From the NCBI GenBank assembly GCA_002633005.1, contig NMRA01000072.1, forward strand, positions 78,335 to 142,334: DNA of 64,000 nt. The letters run 5' to 3'. Every line of letters begins with the position of its first letter. Positions within the stretch are counted from its first letter, which is position 1. This DNA comes from Phoronis australis. Its lineage: Eukaryota; Animalia; Phoronida. The notes under the pieces were generated by a model that saw only the letters and a program-made list of their open reading frames with translations, had not been told where the DNA came from and ran no database searches. A program made the translations under genes and the position numbers. Of the stretch, positions 50,401 to 63,029 are shown in pieces.

Positions 50401-53400
50401 GAATTAATTTTGGAGTTCCCCATTATGCAAACAAAAGACAAAAGTCATTTAAAAGACTCCTCCAACACAGGATTCTTTTGGCAATACAGTGACAACTCGC
50501 TTAATATTTTCAACTCCTCATCTGCAACACAGCTTGTTGCAGTGTCTCCCTACCATTCTAGCCAAACATATTGCACACTTGGGTAACTCTGTCATCCCAG
50601 CAACAGGTAGATAGGCTCCCTGCAAAAATAAATAACAACAACAATAATAATAATAATAATAATAATAATAATTAATACAATACCAAAACTATAACAATAA
50701 CACCAATCCAGTGATTATATAGTGCTTAGCAGACTAAATGCTTTAATGGGCAAGTTTAAAACCAAGCAAATGCTTATTAAGTTCCAAGATATTCTGATCT
50801 TTGGAACATCTTTTTCTTCAAAGAAGACAAAACATAAGAATTTTGACGTAATATGAAGTGCAAAATTCATGCGGAACTTTTTGATTCAAAGGCAAGTTAC
50901 AAAACAGTGCACTTAAATACACCAGAGCCACCTACTGCTACACTTAAACAAGTTAATAAAAGTCAATCATGCAACTAAGTAAGTTTGAGTGCAAATTAAA
51001 TCTGATAAATATGCATTCTGTCCAAGAAACAAGGATTTTTATTTCGACCACTTTCTTATTCAAATAAATATAGATTATTGCATGGTGAAGTCGTAATCCC
51101 CCCGTAATTTAGAGCCCCTCGGCCGATAATTCTCCAAAATCCACGAGGGCTCTAGATAAGGGGGATAACGACTGAGAACATGTAATAATCTATTTATAAC
51201 ACATACTGAACGAGAAACATTGCAATGAATCGATCTACCTTTTTTGACTCGCCTCGGCTTTTGTTACTTTCTATGTCAGAGGCCTGAGGTCATGAGCTTT
51301 CAAGAAATGCCGAGTTTTTCTTGTTAAAATGATGATTTTATTAAAAACCAATTGATGAAACAAAATAGAACTAAAGTGAATCTGTAAAATAATTTTTATT
51401 TTAAGCAACTACTCCAGCTTACTAAACATCTTATCATTCTAAGCTTCCACCGTGAAAATATCGTCTGCTAAAGTAGGTTACCACTGGTTATTGAGTTTAA
51501 TGTCCAAGTCAAAGCATCCTGGCCACATGTTATTCGCATTCAAACTGGAAATCGATGATTTAGAAGGGATAGAAAATGACATATAAATTTTACTATAAAG
51601 ATATCGTTTTTATTGAAATTTTTAGTCTTATTTTTGTTAGCGCATAAATGTCGGTACAATGCCGTTTGTTGAGCATGTGATTGTTGCGCGTGCTCATTTA
51701 AATATTCTATTTTCACGTTCAATGATGTCAGCCACTGAGTGGTGCAGTGGTAAAGTCGACGGCCCGAAACTCCTGCGGACCGGGTTCGAAAACGACCTGG
51801 GTTTCTCACCAAAATGTTTTTTAACACTGTTAAATAACCAAATGGGTTATTAAACAGTTGTATTGGCCATTCGAGGCTGATATTGTGGTATAAGAAGTTA
51901 ACATTAGGACTTGCAAACAACTAACTGTTTGTTATCCCTCAAGACCATGTTCGGCGAATAAAATGACTACTCGATACAAGTCAACGTGCAGAGCCTCGTC
52001 TCAAGTAAGCCAACTGTCACTTCTTTCCAAGTCCAAAAATCACACTTATTTTGACTAAGCAACACTATGAGACCACTTTTATAACTGTAGTGATCTAAAT
52101 AAAAAAGAAATTTAGATGGAAGACGGGTTAATAGCCGCCTTAAGTAATCTATGCGACTGTTGTTTCACCTATGCAGAACTGAACAGACCAAGAATTTGAC
52201 AAAACCACTAACTGTATACACACCCTTGATGACTTGAGAGTTTCCACTTTGGCCACATACACCAGGTAACAAACGTCTGATTCAAACGAGTTGAACGGGC
52301 AGTTATTGTACAAGCCGTAAAATTCATCAGCCAGTTTCTGAAATAGAGAATTATGAGTATCACTTCCGCGACAAAAAACACAGATAGTTCGGCATCAACA
52401 ATGCCAGAGACAGGTGGCTATGGAAATACAAACACTAAGATGACACAAATCTAACAAATTAATGCAATCAATGAAAAATGCGACAAGATGACCATGAAAA
52501 GCAATTCCAACGAGTCAAAAATTATGTCTAAGGTGTCACGGTCAATGTGTTTCTTTTAAAAGGATACCAATCCCAGTTCTGGCCAATTCACAGATACTAT
52601 AAACGATTTTCCAATCCAGTTCTCTGAAACAAAATAATGCTCTGTAACCCTTGACAACACTAAAAGTCTTGAGGAAAATTTGAAAACTCCTTTCAAAGTC
52701 TGCTAAACGAGCAAGTGTGACCTAAACTTTTACTCAAGTTCACGGCAAGTGTGGAAAAGACCGCACATCAAGGACCATAATGTCCAATCTGTGACATAGT
52801 AAGTACGAATTTTTAGTTGATTCCAGCCTTTAACTTTTGGAAGACTGACCCCCAATGATGCATTAGCAGATGACAAAACGAGGATTTGCTGAAATCATCT
52901 AAACAGGATTTAGTATCCTTTTAAGTATGATTGAGTCAATGACATGAAAATGTAGCCTCAAGCTAACACCAGTTAATTGCAGTTCAAGAGTAATCAGTCA
53001 AAATACAATTTTCCCCGCTGTGAGGGCTTATTCTTTTAATAGCAAACATTACTGGTAATAACTATTAGTTCACCACAATTCTAATTTCAGCCACCTTACT
53101 GATTGTCTTGTTAATTCCCCTTCATCTTCACTCATTGGGAAAACTATTCTGACAATGAATTCAGCCGTCATGACAGGGAAAGTCCGTGGCAATTTGTTTG
53201 AATATTGCAATATTTTTGGTTTGTACTGTATTTACAAAAAACAAATTAACAACCTGTTTGGCACAACATCTACTTTGAAAGAGACTGAACACCTGCCTTG
53301 AGCTACTTCGAGGTAATTGATGTAACAGATTGAAAAATTCTAAAATCAACTTTTAAGAAGCCACTCACCGACACGAATACAAAGCACAAAACAAATAATA

Positions 53401-56400
53401 GAAACAGGACAAGAAGGAACAGGATAAATTCATACCTGATTTTTAAACTTGACCAAGACCATGTATTGGTTAGGGGTGTGATCTCGTATAATGCGAATGT
53501 GCTCAACACCAGGACTATAAGAGTTAACAGAAACACTTGATTATCAACAGAGCTTCTTCTACAATAATTAAAGTAAAAAGCCGCGCACAAAATAAGACTT
53601 CTCACTGATGCTTGAGCAAAAAATGCCCGTCAAATAGGCTTCTTATAGTGTTTCATTGGCCATCTTAAATAAATTTCCCGTTATTATACACAGTCATCTG
53701 ATCAACCCTCAGATCTGCAGGCAGATCTGTTTTCTTACTGTCAAAAACTAAATTCTGGTGATGTCACTTGTGCCCTCCTTGTATTCCACCTGAATCTAAC
53801 ATTTTGCTCTGACAAGATATTTGTGCAAGAGCGTGCAAGAAATGTTTTAACTTTAAGACGGCTTATAGAACGAGTTTCTGAGAGCTCTTTCCACATGGAT
53901 GATCTGCTGATGGATGAAAACTTACATAAGAGCACTGTTAGTTGTTGAAACTTACATATGAGCACTGTTAGTTGTTGAAACTTACATAAGAGCACTGTTA
54001 GTTGTTGAAACTTAATAAGAGCACTGTTAGTTGTTGAAACTTACATATGAGCACTGTTAGTTGTTGAAACTTACATAAGAGCACTGTTAGTTGTTGAAAC
54101 TTACATAAGAGCACTGTTAGTTGTTGAAACTTTTACATATGAGCACTGTCAGTTGTTGAAACTTACATAAGAGCACTGTTACTTGTTGAAACTTACAGAA
54201 GAGCACTGTTAGTTGTTGAAACTTACATAAGAGCACTGTTAGTTATTGAAACTTACATAAGAGCACTGTTAGTTGTTGAAACTTACATAAGAGCACTGTT
54301 ACTTGTTGAAAAAATCAAAAAGTCTATTTCACTGACATTTTAGACCAAGAATTCTTGCATTCAAATGAGTTCTAACTTTTTATTCATTTAATCTTCTAAA
54401 TCATCTATTAGGACACAATATGGCAGACAAGCAAAATTTCATGTGTTCAATATAAAATATCAGTAGCAACAAATGAATCATTGCTTTATCATCAACAAGT
54501 ACCACCTGGCAACAATTTTAAGGATTCACAGCAATGTTAGAAACCTTGAAAATTCAATTTTGGTACTTATATTTATCCAAAACTTTTGACATTTTACTGT
54601 GAGTCAATTAATCTTCCAATTTTATTTACTTTTAAAACACCTTTTCAACTGACTTTACTCAGGACCTGAGTGTTTTGTTTTCAAATTGCCGTTTTTCAAT
54701 TTTTCAAATGGTAACAACCAACAACCATAAAAAAATTACCATATTGATTCACGACAGCTGTAGGGTACAAACCATGCTGACAACAGAATAAGTTTTTCTT
54801 AATCTTTATTTTTGCTGAGAAAATTCATAAAATAAAATTCTACTTGTCCACCATCTTGTGCATGCTCAACTATAGAAGAGTTCCCATAGCAACTCTACCT
54901 CCAGAGCACCACGATACACTTACTAAACAGGAGCCAAGAAGTTCATCAGGTCATGTGTTGTCATGGTAGCAGGAACAGCTAACATACATATCATTTCACT
55001 TCGAGGAACATCTTCTGAGAGAGGCGTCATAACACTGCAATCAAAATTACCATACGGTATCTTACTACAAATAAACAAAACGTGTCATTCAGAATAGAAC
55101 CAGATTTCATCCAATTTTAATGTGTCATGTTCCATATATCTTTTATTCCTTCCTCCATAAAGATGTAGACATTCAAAATGCAGGAAAAGTGATACAACTC
55201 AATCAATTCATTGTAATCTCAACCAGCAATGCCAAACTGTCAAGTCCCGTCCACACACAGCCTACCCTAGAACAACTTGCACCAGTGCAACTTACCCCAC
55301 TTTTAAGTGGAGCATCCACACTCACACATCCAATAACTGGGGTAAGATGGAAGTTGTCACCAATATGGCACGCAAGAGAAAACCCATCTGTATATAACCG
55401 CAGCTGATAATTACTTCCGCCCTACCCGACTTTTCCGGCCCAACAGCGATTAAAAGTAGTGCAAGTTACCCTAGAACAAGTTACACCACCTCTATAATTT
55501 GGAGTAAGTTGTCACAATTGAGGTTAGTTGTGCTAGTTTAAATAGTATCTAGACAGCACTCAAACCTAGCGGCAACTCGTTCCAGGAGTAACTTGTCCAA
55601 GGGTAAATCTGTGTGTGGATGGCCCTTTCAAAAGCACATGGATGGACTGACTGCACCACACTTTCCCACATAAGATTGCCAAGTTTGCATCGTCATCTGA
55701 TGGGGGTGTTACAGCTAGCAGGAGTGAGCATGTCTGCAGACACACTGTGAAAGCAATTTGCAAATACATATTGTGAGTACCACCATAACTCATTGAATAG
55801 GCTTTACTGTAGCCAAAGTGAAGGTTTTAATCACGAATATGTGTAGATTTCACCATATTTTTCAGACGAAGTAAAGATGATTTCCAACTAAGCAATGTTG
55901 TATAAGGCCAATGCAAGACACCCAAGCCATGCTGGAAAAGCACGTTTTTCTCGGGTCCAATCAATGACAGTGCTGGTATACTGGTATACATGAAACTTTA
56001 GCCTAATTATCCACCAATTTTCAGACACCTTCCCATTATTTCTGACTAATGCTTTACCTGGAGGCTTTACAGGACGCATCCCACTTATGCTACCAGAACG
56101 AAACAGTATACAAACTAAGTGAGGGAGAGATTTGAGAATCACTGCCAACACACAAAGCAATATATCAGACCAAGATAGGTTTGTTTGGCACTGCAATGGT
56201 AATGTAACTTATACAACAAAGAGTTTAAATAAATAGCACAAGAGAGGAAACAACAACAGCCTACTTGTCTAGTTTATAAAGATGCAGTATCCCCTCAGTA
56301 CACTCCACCATAGGGTTACCGGACAAGAACGGAACTGATGCCGGCAGCTTACTGGATGGGCTGTGACTGACAGGTCGTGACCTCGCACTTCCCGGCCGGG

Positions 56401-59400
56401 ATGACGGGCCATCTTCATTGACGACAGGGGAATTCCGTGTGCTGATAGGTCGGAACTGATCTCTTGGTGTGTTGGTGGCTACACTACCTTTGGCTGAGGA
56501 ATACAATGTGCATGAATCAATGTAAGTTGATCAAGTTTAATTAAACAACAAAATGCTTGTTTCCATGACACCCATGGCATTCCTTTCCAGTGAACATACC
56601 GCTATGCCTTGTGCACAGTTCTCCAAACACTGCTAGGAATTGATTTTAAAACGCTCCACTTTAGCATGAGGGCCTATCAAAAATAGGACATAAAAAACGA
56701 ATCAAAGCATTTTTCAGATTTCATCTTGAACATCTCTGACATGAAATTTGGTATTGTCATTCATAGTCTTGGCTAAATTTTCCCTTAAAGACAGGGTCAC
56801 ACGATCACATTAAATATTATGAAAAAGTCAAAAATCAAATTCTACAGGCTTTGCACTTTCAGAAAATACATACTTTTACCGAGTTTTGCAGGCATTTGAC
56901 TAAATCCACAGACATGTTGGTAAGGTCCTACATAACCTTAAATAAGCTTTGAGCCTGTTCAGGCTGAAATGAAATTTTACTGAAGGATTCAAGAGAAGTC
57001 CTGCAGCTACAGGAGAACGTGGAAAACCTGCACAATGTTGTTTAAATTGATAACGGTTTATCTCTCCAAATTGTTTATTTTGTAAGTTTGTGTATTATGC
57101 ATTTAAACGCTGGTCAGAAAGTTGACAGCGCTTTATCTGTTTCTACGTATTATGATAAAAAATCATTGTAATTGTGTTAACGGCTGGGTAAGCCTAGTTT
57201 TTTGCTTCTGAAACGGACAGATATCGTTGGTTAAACTGGGTGAATAACAGACTAGTGGTTAAGTTGTTGAGAGTTAAATGGTTCATGCTCCAGATGACAA
57301 CGGTCCAATTCGTAAACGGGCATATCATTATCGGACAATACACCAGAAGATAACCCGCTGTGAAGGCTAAGCACGATAAAGATAAAGAAGCACATCCCCA
57401 CTTCTATAAAAATTACACATCCCCACTACTATAAACATTACACATCCCCACTACTATAAACATTACACATCCCAACTACTATAAACATTAAACATCCCCA
57501 CTACTAGAAACATTACACCTCCCCACTACTAGAAACATTACACATCCCAACTACTATAAACATTACACATCCCCACTACTAGAAACATTACACCTCCCCA
57601 CTACTAGAAACATTACTAGTTACCACCATCGCTGTCGCTTGTGTTTGGAGAATCTGGGCTCTTTATCCCACCTCGAACTACTTGAGCAAAGCTAATCGAA
57701 TCTTTGTCATCTTCTTGTGAAACCTTGTCCAGACCACCAACAGCTGCCTCACTGTCTTCATCTGAAGTGCATAATGTGTAATGACCGAACAAGGATACTG
57801 AGTAAGAGTGAAGGTAATGACGAACGTCATAATCAATGCTGCGAAGTTTAAAGACATAAAGAAACTTGAATGACGAATATTACACAACAAAAATCAAGAC
57901 TATATAACATGAAGACTCTTTAGCGTCATCTTTGAAAGCCATTTTTGAAAGCCATTATGTTGGCTCATGTTTTGGTTCTTTAATACAACTAGCTAGAGTT
58001 CATTATTGCACATGATAAAACCATGGATCGAATGCTTCAGTGGGAAGATTCACCGGTGCCAGCTCAACTTAAATCAGTTGAAAGTTTGACATTTCAGCAG
58101 TGCATAATTGACACTGCATGGGACTTTAAGGTCATGTGGGGCATCGATAAGGTCATGTGGGGCATCGATAAGGCTGTGCACTTCGTACGAATATAAAAAT
58201 TATAGGATTTGAACTTGATGAAAGTACATATTTTTTGAGATAATAAAGCCTTTCGATCTTTTACTTTTTACCAATATGTCATTGATTGGGTCATGTGATT
58301 GTGTATTTTCAGTAAAATTTGGCAAAAAATATTTAAAGGCAATGAGGAATTGATGTTCGCTTCATTGACATTGGATAAAAATGAAGGGAATTCAGAGGTC
58401 TATTTCATGAAAGCGGCTCAAGACATAAGACAAAAATTTGGTCTCGTAATGATGATCACTCTTCACAATTGCCAAAAAATGGTTTAGCCAAGTAATTATG
58501 AGAGCATCACACTTTAAAATTAGAAATTATATCCGTAACTTGCAGTTATGTGTTTATTCTCAAGGATCTTGCAGTTTTGCTAAAGTGACATTTAACAGTT
58601 TTTCAGAAATAGTTGTGTGGAGCATAACACCAAATTTCAATCTTAAGTCTTAAGCCACTTTTCAAGACACAGTGGATGAAACTTTTCATAACTTAGCATA
58701 ACAGCAAACCCAAACTGTTGAAAACATTTTCTTGTAACTTGTCTATGACGAAAACGAGTAAATGTAGGTATTTTGATTTAGATCTAATTAGACATTCTTG
58801 ACAAGAGACTCTCTATCTTAAAATGAAAACAGTTCAGAGAAACAAATGCCAGTGGGGGGTGTTCGGAAGATACAAGAAAATAGTGGAAAGGCAAGATCAG
58901 GTAAAATCAGGTGAGTGAAAGGCGATTATTTTGTGACGATGCTCGGAGCTTACTATCATACCTGAATAAATAATGGCTATAGAAGTGATTGGTTGGGATA
59001 TGGCATTATGGGATACAATACACTAATTTTCTTTCATAAGTGAAGAAATCTTCCCACAAGTGCTTGGCAAGTGTCTTGAATCTTTGGAATGCACAGTGTT
59101 CTCCACTACCTGTCTTGACACGTCACTGTGTCAAGTGCCATGACGAGTTTGGCTTCCTTGCGTCTAGTTTGAAAACCCATTCAGCAAGTTTAAAGTTTTG
59201 GGAGATTAGACACGTACATGAATTTTGTAATTCTAGTCAAGTTAGAAATTTCCGTTGTGGAGAACACCAATGCACAAACAGTAGAGGAAATAAATTATCT
59301 GATTCACTTTATGAGTGATACAATTTGAATTCATTTAGTCCCTAGCAGAGTAAAACAACAGGCTATGAGACATCAGTGTAAAATTGTACCAGTTCCTATG

Positions 59401-59512
59401 TTCTCTATTGACTCTATCTCAATCTTCTGCATCTTCCGGGCTCCTGTGTAGAGAGCACACATCTTGCTGGTTACATCTTTAGGCTCATCATCTGGTAGCT
59501 TGAAATGAGGCG
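44261..59512 (-). CDS. BRAP: BRCA1-associated protein (BRAP2/IMP) E3 ubiquitin ligase: BRAP2 domain, RING-H2, ZnF-UBP, coiled coil; first coding exon uncertain
   Basis: Minus-strand exons 59512-59390, 56493-56265, 55034-54924, 53514-53436, 52337-52224, 50619-50554, 49739-49657, 49297-49222, 48688-48621, 47562-47382, 46720-46517, 45700-45566, 44425-44261; all GT-AG and in phase. Motifs [112 protein letters not shown] match BRAP. Confidence 0.96.
45566..45700 (-). CDS. BRAP: BRAP coiled-coil exon
   Basis: MTAKLSKLSTELEEERTMNKCLRDNQ... Confidence 0.9.
46517..46720 (-). CDS. BRAP: BRAP coiled-coil exon
   Basis: [19 protein letters not shown]... Confidence 0.95.
47382..47562 (-). CDS. BRAP: BRAP ZnF-UBP exon
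   Basis: [30 protein letters not shown]...EKIDSLTLE. Confidence 0.95.
47692..47953. mobile_element. MITE with GGCC termini flanked by TAA/TTA (Zator- or Harbinger-like)
   Basis: TAAGGCCAAAAAATAACACATTTGGTT ... AACCAATTATGTTATTTTTGGCCTTA. A related left end with the internal TTCAGYTGGCATCAGGTGA motif lies at 27922-28060. Confidence 0.75.
48621..48688 (-). CDS. BRAP: BRAP ZnF-UBP exon
   Basis: [22 protein letters not shown]. Confidence 0.95.
49222..49297 (-). CDS. BRAP: BRAP RING/ZnF-UBP junction exon
   Basis: [25 protein letters not shown]. Confidence 0.95.
49657..49739 (-). CDS. BRAP: BRAP RING exon
   Basis: EETVEGVLTILCNHTFHGLCLTQWGDT. Confidence 0.95.
50554..50619 (-). CDS. BRAP: BRAP RING N-terminal exon
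   Basis: [22 protein letters not shown]. Confidence 0.93.
50643..50672. repeat. (AAT)n microsatellite
   Basis: About 9-10 AAT units in a BRAP intron. Confidence 0.9.
51065..51893. mobile_element. Non-autonomous element with a ~125 bp terminal hairpin and an embedded tRNA-like segment
   Basis: Hairpin ATAGATTATTGCATG..AGTCGTAATCCCCC..TAGAGCCC / GGGCTCTA..GGGGGATAACGACT..CATGTAATAATCTAT. Short palindrome AATAACC..GGTTATT at the other end. Boundaries approximate. Confidence 0.6.
51731..51802 (+). other. tRNA-derived segment (Pol III A/B boxes)
   Basis: TGGTGCAGTGG (51740-51750) and GGTTCGAAAAC (51783-51793), 32 nt apart; the acceptor stem does not pair. Confidence 0.5.
52224..52337 (-). CDS. 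BRAP: BRAP BRAP2-domain exon
   Basis: KLADEFYGLYNNCPFNSFESDVCYLVYVAKVETLKSSR. Confidence 0.95.
53436..53514 (-). CDS. BRAP: BRAP BRAP2-domain exon
   Basis: [26 protein letters not shown]. Confidence 0.95.
53917..54311. repeat. 30-bp minisatellite, ~13 copies
   Basis: Unit GAAACTTACATAAGAGCACTGTTAGTTGTT, head-to-tail with no spacers. Confidence 0.97.
54924..55034 (-). CDS. BRAP: BRAP BRAP2-domain exon
   Basis: VMTPLSEDVPRSEMICMLAVPATMTTHDLMNFLAPV. Confidence 0.95.
56265..56493 (-). CDS. BRAP: BRAP N-terminal exon
   Basis: ...[32 protein letters not shown]. Confidence 0.9.
57391..57615. repeat. 25-bp minisatellite, 9 copies
   Basis: Unit CACATCCCCACTACTATAAACATTA, head-to-tail. Confidence 0.97.
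59390..59512 (-). CDS. BRAP: BRAP N-terminal exon
   Basis: APHFKLPDDEP...YTGARKMQKIEIESIENIGT resembles the vertebrate GRREMTDVIIET segment; phase 1-1. Confidence 0.75.
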
Positions 59513-59872
59513 CTGCATAAAAGATATTATGTACAAATAGTATTATTTATTTTCAATACTCATCCAGTAATATATTTAAGCTAATAGTTATTGATTAATC
59601 TTTACTCTGGACTGTCTCTCATTCCTATAAGGAAATTCGATGGCACCAAATGTCGGGTGTTGAACTACTAGTATGCTTTATTGACCTCTGCAGGTAGCTG
59701 ACTGTGTTAAATTAGTAAGCTCAACTGTATCAACCGGGGGCATACAGCGAACTCACCTTTGTCAACTTCCATACACTTTACAGCTTCATGAACATTACGA
59801 AACATTTTTTCACACTAGTAAATAAAGATATTTACAGTCTGGCCATTTTAACACTACATGTGATCCTGGCAG

Positions 59873-60140
59873 GCGTGCACAGTGTAAAAATAGCCAGTTG
59901 TCAATTTGGGCAACTGAATGAAAGACTGCTCGAAGAAAAAGTTTGATCACGGGAGCATTTTTCCGAGTTGGAAGGAATTAAAGACATTGACGGCTTCCTA
60001 CGGTGTTCCTCTACGCGCAAAAGGTACTTATAACATGACTTTGATGTGTGAGGCATAATTCACCGAAAAGCTTCCGGAGTATGAAGCTCCTATACGAGTT
60101 TCACTGCCTGGGGCCAGCTAGAGATGGTGGTCACTGTCTA
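59873..60140 (-). mobile_element. Partial copy of the TAGAC-terminus MITE family
   Basis: Reverse complement of 16787-17070; ends GGTGGTCACTGTCTA. Confidence 0.85.
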
Positions 60141-60794
60141 GTGTCGGATGATGTGGTGGGCAAACTAACCCTTAAAGTAATAGGGTTGAAAGCGCGCACA
60201 GTGAAAGTTTAGAATCAAGTGCCATACATACCACACTCGAATTGCACATGAAATATTAACCTGCCCACATCAAAATTGAGATCGCGTAAACACATTTATC
60301 TCCAGAATTAATACAGTAAATATAACTACACAAAAATCAAGCCTTTTGAAAGAACTTGTTTACTTGAAGATTCAGCTTTTCACTATTATTCACTTGTCAC
60401 TCCACCATTTGTATATTTTAACCTACTGGTGAACTCATGGACTAAAGCATTCACTGGGCTCATTAGCTGGCATTCAGGTCACTACCTGACTTCATTCTAG
60501 GTAAAAAACTGAGCTCACAAGATGGCAGACGATTTGATTTATTGTTGTTAGAGGAAAGTAAAAAGAGGTGAAATATAACCAGTAAGACCGTTTGTGGTTT
60601 TCTAAACGTGTCAAGGGAATTCAATGAATCAGATGTTAGTACTAATACACTGAACCAAAATTTACTTCCCAATCTTTTGGTTTATATCCATTTCACCAAA
60701 TGGTGAAAAGTCCTTCCGAGAAACTTCAGCTCTGACTCTCTTTAAGAGCCCAGTATTGGCTACGGACAATGTAACCAGCCAGCTAGTTGTGTGA

Positions 60795-61372
60795 AGACTG
60801 TGCCCATACGGATCCTTTATTTAAGACTACACAGATACTCAAAATAAAGGACTTGTATGTTGTTGCTATAATTAAATTTTTCTATAAATATGCTCATAAT
60901 TACTTACCTTCATTTTTTAACACGTTCAATTTAATAACCCGTGGTCTGTTCATGAACATTACACTAGAAAATGACAAACTCCTCATACTAAATCATTTGC
61001 TGAAGATTCAGTTCGCAATGCCCTACCTTATATCATTAATAACCTTTCTGAAAATGTTTCCCAAAAATTTTTTTACCCATTCGTTATCCTCTGTTATAAA
61101 TTATTTCAAAAACTTTTGTTTTGAAAGTTATGAACTTGAGTGCACTATTCCCAACTGCTTTGTGAGTAACTATTTTCGATAATCTCTCCTAGTCTTTTTA
61201 CAAGTAGTTTTAAACTACATTATCTCCTAATTTTGTAATTCGGATTATCTGTAACACTGTATTTCTTTATTCTCTGGTGGCTCCGTGGTCAGCAGACCCT
61301 TCAGGTCCTTCACGGAGCCTCCATGAGCGTAAATTTGTATTAATTGCACTTTTTGTCTAACATGAATAAAGT
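60795..61372 (+). mobile_element. 3' end of a CR1/L2-group LINE
   Basis: AHTDPLFKTTQILKIKDLY...FFYKYAHNYLPSFF motif, then a 3' hairpin GGTGGCTCCGTG...CACGGAGCCTCC and AATAAA near 61365. Confidence 0.8.
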
Positions 61373-63029
61373 ATATTACTAGTACTCCTATCGTCAAAAT
61401 ACAGCTAGGTACCAGGTGTGTTGAGCTCTGACAGACCATAAAATTCCACACACCCCGGGTAGTTCTGCACGTCACCTCGCCGTGAAACTTGTATCAGCAT
61501 GTACAGCTAAAGACCGGCGGAATGATGCATGCAAAATCTCAGGGAGTCAACCGACACTCACCTTGCACGTTACAGCCAGTTAAAAGAAAAACAATCTAAT
61601 AAACACCATTTTCTTGCATAATTTTCCACTATTTGAAATGAAGAAAGTATGTCGTTGTTTTGAAAACAGTATGCTTGTGACACGCGCACGTCCCATTTCT
61701 TAACTTTTTGCGACATCTCTCGGGAGGTGATGACAGCTTCGCAGCAGCAAAATTTACTCTGAAATTCAGTTTCTAGTATCAAAATTCTAAAAACTCATAA
61801 TGAATTGAAATAAGTTCCGATAATTTGTTGTGATGTGAACGCAATGTCGTGAAAGAACAACAGTTGATTGAAGAATCGGCGAAAAAAGAATCTGGCCAAT
61901 AGGTGACAATATTTCATGGAGCCGAAAGCCCACGCAAAAGATTGCTCCACAACTTTAGCAGCAGAATAATGGCAAAAAGCCATTTTTTCCAACACCAGTA
62001 AATAATTTAGTTTACTCAAGGACGGGTGTAGTTTTTAATGACACTAATTTTGTGTCATATTTTATCTGGTATGGTGTAGGTGGTGACGATAGCCAAAAAG
62101 TCACCGTTACTAGATGGAGTTTGCCTTCCAAAAACCTATTATAATAACATTTCTTGCTATTGCAGTTTTTCAATCTCTTATAGCCGCAAAACACCCAGGT
62201 TACCGTTAACGACTATTCTCCCGCATGCACCTACTCCCTACCTTTGAAGTGTCTCTTAATAAGCACTCACTGCTCTTCTAAGCGTTCCCCTCAACTTTTG
62301 AGAATTTCAAATTAAGCGCCCACAGTTCAGGCTAGCACCCATCTTGCACACTAAAATGACCCCCCCCCCCCTCCCCTGTGGTTTGAAATTGACAAGCAGC
62401 CTATTTCGCGAGTCACTTTCATTTTACACAACAACAAATTCGTTTTCAAAGAAGTCTTTCCTAAATATGTTTTGTTTTATACCTCCGAAAGAAAGTTAAC
62501 ACTAGTGACTTGCGTGTCGTTTTGTGACTGACCTATTTTTCCCATACACGGAAGGTATTGAGGAGCAAACTCGAATTACCTGATGGAAACCGCACGGAGT
62601 CAGGAATTATTTCGAGGCTTTTCATTTTATGGAAAGTTCCACATTTTGTTGTGAAATTTGCACTGAATTGTTCTCGTGCAACCTAATACGTCATTCGGCT
62701 AGTGTAACGTTTCATGGATTTTTTTCAACGGGATATATTTCAAACGTCGAATTAAGTTGCTAGATAAGTACATGTATGTTTGGAATGCAAACCAAAAGTG
62801 GAGGGAGTTTGTGTTTAGCGTTATCTTTAACGACTTTAATGACAGTCATCAAAGCAGGACAGTTCTGGCAAAATCGCAGTATTTTCTCCCTTTTCACAAA
62901 GTAAACTTAGCTACTTGAATGCCCATGTCGGTTAGAGAGCACTGATTCGTTGGGAACTAGCCTTGTGCTCTATAGCTTTTCAATGGCAGTCGTAAGAACC
63001 GTAATGCCGTACCTGCACGTAAGATCCCA

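Noticed and set aside
51731-51802. Functional tRNA gene
   Set aside because: A/B boxes are present but the acceptor and T stems do not pair; kept only as tRNA-derived sequence. The same applies to 25625-25695.
53917-54311. 30-bp repeats as a CRISPR array
   Set aside because: The units are head-to-tail without unique spacers, there are no cas genes, and the context is a eukaryotic intron.
57391-57615. 25-bp repeats as a CRISPR or telomeric array
   Set aside because: Plain minisatellite with no spacers and no telomere motif.
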